A model generated the notes under the pieces. The model was not told the DNA's origin. It did no database searches and saw only the letters and a program-made list of their open reading frames with translations. A DNA stretch of 57,165 nucleotides, filler included, from Sphacelaria rigidula (lineage: Eukaryota): NCBI GenBank assembly GCA_964200075.2. It is 6 parts of 6 records of this genome, joined end to end, with 100 filler letters (N's around TTAATTAATTAA, not from the genome) between each part and the next. Parts side by side here need not be neighbours in the genome. Positions count along the whole stretch, not along the records: positions 47,723 to 57,165 come from CAXNAA020008488.1; 5 more parts are not named here. One strand, written 5' to 3'. The position numbers and the translations under genes are program-made. The number at the start of each line of letters is the position of its first letter. Position 1 is the first letter of the stretch. Shown here piece after piece: positions 49,599 through 57,165 of the stretch.

Positions 49599-49798
49599 CC
49601 TATTGTGCCGACGAACAGTCCGACGCACGGTCCCCCGAGACCCAAACGCAACCCTTGCGTGATGACGGTTGCCACAGACGTCGACCCCGCCCCAGTGGCT
49701 GCGTCGAAGAAGACGGAGAATACCACAATGGAGGTCCCGTCGTTCATCAAGCTTTCTCCCTCGATGAGGACCGCCAGTCGCTCCGAAACACCCAGTTC
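49599..49798 (-). CDS. SOS1/NhaP-type Na+/H+ antiporter, internal exon B
   Basis: aag|ELGVSERLAVLIEGESLMNDGTSIVVFSVF...GGPCVGLFVGTI|gtgag; EGESLMND motif; phase 0/2. Confidence 0.95.
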
Positions 49799-50201
49799 CT
49801 TCAAGGGAAAGATATGATGCATTATTGCCGAGGGGGGGGGGGGGGGGTGTTCATTGATTGCTCCCTTGAGACCCCGGACTCGTCCCGAGGGAGAGGGAGG
49901 GGAGACGTTAGAAGTGGAAGCAACAGAAAAAAAAGTGTGCATAATGACCTATTTGTCGTTATCGCTTGTCACGATACAGTATTGTATGTTATCATCATAT
50001 CTGGTCATCATTCACTATTGTCCCGACCATCTGCTGACATCATTTCACCCATCCCTGTAATGTGTAAATAAGTTATTCCTTGACAGACACTTATGTAAAA
50101 TTGTCCCTTTTTGTGGTGAGTCCCACATCACCCCGCCTTTCATTGACCTCTTGGAGATTTTGTAGGAGTAACTGTTACGCCGGCTAGCGGTTGGAATCTT
50201 G

Positions 50202-50431
50202 CACAGTCATGACAGATCATCGCCGGCTCGAATCACCAAATCGACGATTTCTTAGGCGTGATTGATCGAAGAAGAGAAAAAAAAGTCGACTGCTGATCAA
50301 GCAGGTCTCCACGCAACCTTTGCGCCATTCCATCGCTGAAAACAAAGCCTAAGGATTGATTCGTACCGTACGAATCAATCACACTAAAATCAAGTAATTT
50401 CAGGACGAATCGTTGATTCGTTCGACGCTTG
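50202..50431 (+). mobile_element. hAT-type MITE family A, copy 2
   Basis: Homologous to 4326-4588; perfect 8-bp TSD GAATCTTG. Confidence 0.85.
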
Positions 50432-51639
50432 GAATCTTGCCTTTTGATTCACATTTTTTTACGTGTGGTGGATGATCCAACCAACAATCGCCGCAGGAGA
50501 TTTTCCGTGTGTCTTGAACTCCGCTTCAGAGAGTATCCACCATTTTGTTTTTGGCTGCCATCATTTTGGTGGGATGCGTAGATTTGAACCCGGGACCTTT
50601 TGTTCGTGAAGCGTACGAGCTAGTGTGACAAGGTGATTCCTTGATACTTTCGGGAAAACCTGTTCCTTCTATGCCGTGGTTCCCACACATGAACTACTAT
50701 CATCACGAAAGTACACGACTACAAGGTGGACGACTGTTGATCGTAAACTGAGGTAACAAAGACCGTTGCCCGTTCTTTCCTTCCATCCTATTATGTTCCC
50801 CCCATTCATCAGCGAGCGTTCCCATTTTGTTAATCTTGTGTACTGTTCGTCCATCTTGTGGATCATGACCATGGGTGAGGTCCCTCGGGGATAAGCTCAT
50901 GTGCGACATCCAGTTATCCAATCAATCAATCCATCAATCACGCAACCAACCAATCAGTTAACTCAATCGGGACATCAATCAACCAGTTTGTCAATCAATC
51001 AATCAATCTATTGATTTATCTATCTATCTATCTGTGGGAACCACCACATAACAGGGACAGATTCCCCAAAAATGTCTGCCAAGAATCACCTTTTCACACT
51101 GGCGATACCACGAGATAGCTGGTACGCTCCAGGAACAGAAGGGTCCGGGATCAAATCCCGCATCCCACCCAAACGCTGGGGGCCAAAAAAAATGGTGGAT
51201 ACTCTCTGGAGCAGAGCTCAAAACTCACGAAAAGCTGCGCCGCGGCGATTGTTGAGTGAACGATCCAACACAAGGTGAAAGATATGTGAATTATAAGGTC
51301 AGATTGCAACCGTTACCCGGCGTACAAAGATACCCCTACAAAAAACCTCCAAGAGGTTCATGAAAGGGAGGGTGATGTGGGGACCACCCCATAGAAGGGA
51401 CAAATTTCCACAAGTCTGTGAAGGAAACACCTATTCAAATACCTGTCCATCCATTCATCTATCTGATCATTTATGTGTGGATGTATTTATTCATGTATCT
51501 ATCTTTTGTTAAATTTGTCAATCAATCAATTGATCACTTAATCAATCAATCAATCCAAGGATCGGACGAATTATTTCAGTGTGAATGATTCGTACTGGAC
51601 GAATCAATCATTATGCTTTGATTTAAGCGTTGCAACCTA

Positions 51640-53156
51640 CAGGCTGGTTCACGAAAGCAAAAAAACAATTCTGTCATCAGCAGATGACTTCTGCAATACG
51701 CGCACCCAATAGTCGCATACATGGTATCATACTGACCGCTATGAACGGACGAACAGGGTAACATATCCGGATTTTTTTTCCAAGGCTGTAGCGGTGGCGC
51801 TATGGACAAAAATGTGTCTCGACCAGTCAGCGCCTTTCAATCTGTTCCGAAATTGAATATACGAATTCCAAGCCCAATTTCCACCGGATCCCCACATGCT
51901 TCAAAATCGTAGTGACCGTCATCACCTCAAGAATCTAACGGGAGAAACGGATTTGAAAACGGTTCCAACGGGGTCGAATTATACCCGAAACCGTAATGTT
52001 TCGGTGATGTGGAGTTTGGCGTCGTCAAATTTCCACTCATGATACGCAGGAAAGACTCAGAGACCCTCGTGACGATTTCCCTTATCATCATATATCTGTT
52101 GTAGAAAAGCTCAGATCATCCTCAAACTTGGCAGTTCCGTAGGTATTGATGCTCCAAATAGAACAAGTGTGTTCTTGGCAAGGGTTCAAAGGTTCTCCGT
52201 TCTCTATCGGCTTTCGGGGGTCCCAGTGCAAAGACCCCCGAAAGGCGGTACAGAACGACTAAAAATAATATTAGTAACATGACGCGTCCCCGGATGGTCC
52301 AAGGAACACATGTACAATTTTTGGTGGAGAAAATCGAAAATCTCATACAATTTTTCCCGCCTTGACGTAAAATTCACCCCCAAAATATGTTTTTATACTC
52401 AAACCAAGTAGTTAAAAGTTTGCACGTTTGAAGCTCACATCCTCGCACATACGCGCAATCTTGACGTATTTATTAGGAGTTAGACCCTGAAACTTTGCAC
52501 AAATGTGCTACGAATCATCATGCAAGTTTCGATCACCGAGTTTTTCTGTTTCTTGATTTTTTACCGTTTTTCGGGGGTCCGACGGGGTCCAAGTAGTTTT
52601 TTCGAGGTCCTCCATTCTGGGACCCCCGAAAACCGGCACGAAAGTCCTTTTTCTCATTTTTTTTCGCGAACGCTCTGACGCCGCACACCCAGGGAAGAAC
52701 CCCACACAGGTTTCGTGGCCAAACTCGATTAACTGGTGCTTGAATTTTCATGTTCACATCGTAAAAGGCCCTAAAACGCCATTTTCATACCAAAATCTAG
52801 AAGTTTGCCGTTTCACCATGGCACGGCAAGGTTCATCGCACAAACGCGAAAAACATTCACGCCGTTTTCAGGAGTTAGACTCTGGGTCATTACACAACTT
52901 CGAATGAGCGAGGTTTTTTATTCATTTAGTTTCACCGTTTTACGGGGGTCCGACTGGATCGAAGTTTTCCCGACAAAACTGGGACCCCGGAAAAACTGTG
53001 GAAAATGTCGAAAAGTGAAGTTAAAAAAATCGTCCTTGCAGAGTTGCGTATTGATCCGTAGAACACCTGCGTAATTTTTCAGGGTCCAACTCCTTAGAAC
53101 GGCGTGAAGTTTTGCCGATGAGTGTATTTGGTTTTTTTTTCCCGTGAAGCAGCCTG
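51640..53156 (+). mobile_element. Non-autonomous TA-flanked (Tc1/mariner-like) TIR element
   Basis: TA|CAGGCTGGTTCACG...CGTGAAGCAGCCTG|TA; second copy at 13555; no transposase ORF seen. Confidence 0.85.
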
Positions 53157-53158
53157 TA

Positions 53159-54061
53159 CAAGGGGCCCTACATCAGGAAACTACGGCACCAGGGCCACCC
53201 CCTCCCCCCCCAAGGGGTTCAGAATAAGTAAATGACCACATCAGCTGTGCAAAAACCTTATTCTTCCCATTTCTCAACAAATATACGGAATTAAACGATC
53301 AATTGCATCACCTAGGCTTCTCCTCGACATGCGCAGCCCAAAACCGAGGAGTTTTGGTGGGTCAGTCGTTCTCGTGGTCGTAGGGGAGCAAATTTGCCGG
53401 CTGGATAATGACTTTGGAGTCGCGGTGATCGCTGGGTGATGAGTATTGAGTGCGCTAGCTTCGGCGAGACCGGAAGTCACCGACTTAGTACTTCCGCCAA
53501 GCTGCTGCAGTCGTGCGGCCGCCATGCTGAGAAGAGCGGTGTACGACGAGTAGTTCTGTGCCGCTACGGAATGATTTGTAGTATCTTGTGCAATAAACAT
53601 GCTGTGCTCGTGATGTAACCTGACTTCGGGATTACCAACCGGCGTGGAAATCTCATGATATTCTATATGTGGGTAGTATTTGGATTTTAAATCACCACGC
53701 AGTTTGCCCGCGTTTGAGTAGACAGCGACGTTCATCCGACGTGCATCTCTATATATCGTCATCATACTGCACTGCGACACAACACGTGGATAGGTTGCAA
53801 AGAGAATCTGTTATTATTATTTATTATAATTATTTATTATTGTTGTTTATTTTATGTTCATTATTTATTGTTTATTATTAATTTTTCATTTTCATTATCT
53901 TAGTACAGCAAGTACTGTCGCCATCATCAGACGATCAGGGGTGGTACTCCCCCATCACAATTAGGGTATCCCCCCCCCCCCTCCTCCTGCCCCAGAGTGA
54001 GGTTTTGGCGACAAGGGGGGCCCTGGTGCCGTAATTTCCCGATGTAGGGCCCCTTGGCCTG
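53159..54061. mobile_element. Second TA-flanked TIR element
   Basis: ~38-bp imperfect TIR caaggggcccctacatcaggaaactacggcaccagggcc / ggccctggtgccgtaatttcccgatgtagggccccttg(gcctg)|TA. Confidence 0.8.
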
Positions 54062-54296
54062 TAGGTACACGCGGCCCGGGGACGTGGAAAATGGCGCGAA
54101 AGTTGCACGGGGACCTTCTTGACCAGCGGCCAACGTTTCTCTCTCCCTCCCTCTCTCTCTGTCTCTCTCTCTCGAGCAATTACGCCTCAAAAATCGTACA
54201 TTTAGTGGTTCGAACCGGCGATGATTCGACCTAACCGTGAATCGATCAATCAATCAAATGGAGTATGACCACACATCGCTGTAAAGCTCAATATAC

Positions 54297-54455
54297 CTTC
54301 ATTAACGCCACAACAGCCACCGGATCGGTAGCGCTGCACATCGCGCCAAAGTACAGCGCTGTGTTCCAGTCCCAGTCGTACGGAAACACATATCTCGAAA
54401 AGCATGCTGTGGTGATCGTGGCTACGATCACTCCCGGTCCGGCCAGCGTCATAAC
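54297..54455 (-). CDS. SOS1/NhaP-type (CPA1) Na+/H+ antiporter, internal exon A
   Basis: acag|VMTLAGPGVIVAT...WDWNTALYFGAMCSATDPVAVVALMK|gtatat; SATDPVAV signature; phase 0/0. Confidence 0.93.
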
Positions 54456-54856
54456 CTGTCGTTGGAAGAAGGGAAAAAAATCGCGGAGCATGACAAGACA
54501 ATGAATTCGGCAATAATTTATTTAAGCGTACAGTGACTGAATTAAAAAAAAAATGGAACTTGTCTGTATAATAGAGAGCATCGGTTACAAGTAATAAGTG
54601 AACAGCATCAACCTGGGAGACAGAGTCGAAAAAATTCCAGCATACAAGCAGTCAGTGGTAACAAATAACACACTTGACAGGGAGTTTATATTGCCACGAA
54701 ACGTACTGCGTACAGTATGGAATATATTATCTATTGCAATAGACGCACCAGTCGATACTAGACGTAGTTCCCTTTTTGAAAATGTAATTTCTTGTCACTA
54801 TCCAGGATGTGGTAATAACATGGTCTTTTACGGTGTGGCAATCTCTATCAGGGGTT

Positions 54857-55283
54857 AACAGTGGATTCTCGAATAATATGGGGTTGAAAAACAAAACGAG
54901 GTCAAACTCAGGAGCCGTGCTTTCCATGACGTAATTTCATGACAAATTACTTTCATATGGACAACCTCATCCCTCCCGACCCCCCTGAAACTATTTCGGG
55001 GGATTTCCAGCCTTCCGTTCCCCCGAAGGATATGTGCGAAAGCACACTTTCGCTTCGACTTCGGGGTGACAAAAAAACCATTTTTTGGCCAAAAATCATG
55101 CTTTCGCACATACCCTTTGGGGGAACAGTGGGCTAGAGAACCCCCGAAATAGTTTCAGGAAGGTCGGGAGGGATGGGGGCGTCCATATGAAAGTTATTTG
55201 TCATGAATTTAGGTCAGAGAAAGCACGGCTTTTGAGTTGAGCCTCATTTCTTTCTTCAACCCCATTTTCGAGAATCCATTGTT
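54857..55283. mobile_element. Foldback MITE with ~150-bp imperfect inverted arms
   Basis: aacagtggattctcgaa...ttcgagaatccattgtt; flanks GGGGTT/GGGGTC could be a TSD. Confidence 0.8.
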
Positions 55284-56427
55284 GGGGTCCTGAACTTGGA
55301 AACTGCACCAGAATATGGGTCAGGACATGCCCGTTTTCAAATTCATTTCTAGAGATCCCTAGCCCTAAGGGATGCTACTTGTGGCATGCTCCCGCGTATT
55401 CCGTAAGTCGTTTCGTGGATGACATAAGGGGCTCCCAAACAACTCGAACCTCGTAAACATTTGTGCACCCCTACCGTAGCACCATTCCTACATGCCAAAA
55501 ATATCTCAAGGGTATGCTGGGCAGGGTATTTCGAACAATCGTACTCAACAATACCCAGATATTGGGTACAGTAATTCGACCGTACCTAACTTTACCCAAT
55601 ATTTATATTAAGGTAGAGCTTGGAGCGGCAGGATCCAGCGTGAAAAATCCTGGGCAACAGCACCAATGCCCAGGCCTTCGAAAAACACCACACGTCGGAC
55701 AGCTCATGAGCCAGCTGAACATGACTTCTTCGTGTACTGATCCAGATTATACATCTCAGAAGCTGATCGTTTGGGACTTGTTCCACAAACGCAAGTCACC
55801 TACACATTTTTTTGTCTTCGCCTTCTTTTCGGCAATTGTATACCGTTTCGTGCACAAGCCAACATATGTTGAGCGTATTAAAGCCGGCCACTGTGCTTCC
55901 TCAACCCTTTTGGAGCCCATTGCCGAATTTTGTTTTTTTTCATCGGCATCATTTCGACTTGAAAATGACTCAAAATGATCCAGATTCACGAAAACAAAAG
56001 TCGTCGAAGGGTTCCAAAAGGGTTCGACGTACGTGACCAGAAGCGATAAACGTATGCCTTCTCCAAAGGCGGAGGCTGGCGTACAGAACTAGATGGAATG
56101 GCAACACACACACACACACACACACTTCTCTTGGGCAAAAAGAGGTATAAATAAACCTTGGCTTTCCACATGTGAAAACCTCGCTGACCAGTGTACCCCA
56201 GCATGATCAAAAGCAATCTACTATTATTGCGGAGGTCGTGCGACTCCCTTCCCGGTGAAGGTAGGAACCGTAATTTGATTGATGATTTTCCTCGTGTTAT
56301 GTAGTGAAGGATTGACCGTAAGTCGTGGAGTTGAGGTAAGCGGATTCTTTGGGAGAGCTCGACGAGCGCGAGCGAGTGAACCCGAAGAAGTTATCCCCAG
56401 GGATTGACCGCACTTCGCTGGACAGAT

Positions 56428-56560
56428 CTAGGCTTTTACTTATTATGCTAGCATAATTTCTGGCATAATTCCACATTGGTGGCGTAAATAGCATAGCGTT
56501 TCAGCAAATAGCATAATCGAGCACAATTTCTACATAAGGAACATAATCGCGCATAATTTT
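56428..56560. repeat. GCATAAT-motif repeat cluster, probably a TE subterminal region
   Basis: Several gcataat/acataa units. Confidence 0.5.
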
Positions 56561-57165
56561 TCACCGCAGGGGTGGGATAACGGGTCTAAATGCTGGCCTG
56601 CTGTCATATTATGGGCGAAAAACCCTGATACCATCGACCGCGGGTCTGAGATACGTGTATGCTCTGGAAATAGTCATTCAAACTGCCAGTCTGATCGATC
56701 GCAGGTCTGAAAACCGTTTTTTTATGAAGGCGCACAACACAAACATGAACACCTACAATGTACTGTACAGTCTGTAGTGCATGGCGTACAGCGCACAGCA
56801 CGCAGCACGCAGCAGATCTTAGCTTCCCATTTTTTTTGTGTGTTTTGGTTTTGTACTTCCTTCGGCTACTTCATTCTTCTTGTCTGCTCCAGTATTTTCC
56901 CCAATTTCTACCCCTATGTGTGTTTCCTTTTTTCACCTTGTTTCCTAGGTCACACCCATCTCACGACCTCCGCTGGATTCAAAGCGGCATGGGCTCATGC
57001 GAGACAATCAATCTAACAATCATTCATCAATCAAATGTCAGTATTCAACCGAACCAATGCAGGTAGTACTTCGTATATATAAAACATGTCTTTACAGTAG
57101 TACTTCTTCTGTCCCATAAGTCTGTATCGTTATGTTTGTACGAGCCCTTAACGATGTCCGATTTA

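Larger units (their letters stand above)
51556..54239 (-). mobile_element. hAT-type MITE family A, copy 3, split by a 2.4-kb nested insertion
   Basis: Halves at 51556-51639 and 54062-54239; TSD AATCAATC/AATCGATC (7/8). Confidence 0.8.

Noticed and set aside
50570..50630. Functional tRNA gene
   Set aside because: Only a T-arm/B-box-like piece is present; no acceptor stem or D-arm can be built.
56158..56218. Possible upstream exon of the Na+/H+ antiporter (LLLIMLGYTGQRGFHMWKAK)
   Set aside because: It has AG/GT borders but lacks the expected FLPxLxFES motif.

Overview
This is eukaryotic DNA, most likely from a brown alga or another stramenopile. That call is an inference from the long GT-AG introns, TTAGGG repeats and an N-terminus resembling a bipartite plastid-targeting peptide. 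The window is not one locus. It holds six scaffolds of 9445, 9445, 9444, 9444, 9444 and 9443 bp joined by artificial 100-nt N44-TTAATTAATTAA-N44 linkers, so nothing can be inferred from neighbourhood across the linkers. Four spliced genes can be assembled by hand: an RluD-type pseudouridine synthase (minus strand, 3'-partial), a complete 4-exon dual-specificity phosphatase (minus, ~446 aa), three internal exons of a SOS1/NhaP-type Na+/H+ antiporter (minus), and an unknown protein built from phase-2 exons each carrying a W-x-C..C...H zinc-finger-like module (plus). The rest is dominated by mobile DNA: Copia and LINE relics, LTR-like repeats, hAT-type MITEs with 8-bp TSDs, TA-flanked Tc1/mariner-like elements, foldback elements and nested insertions. 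The most unusual items are a ~210-bp MITE with TGT...ACA ends carrying an internal telomeric (TTAGGG)n array, and the modular zinc-finger-like gene. No prokaryotic-type system (CRISPR, operon) is evident, and most short six-frame ORFs are spurious.
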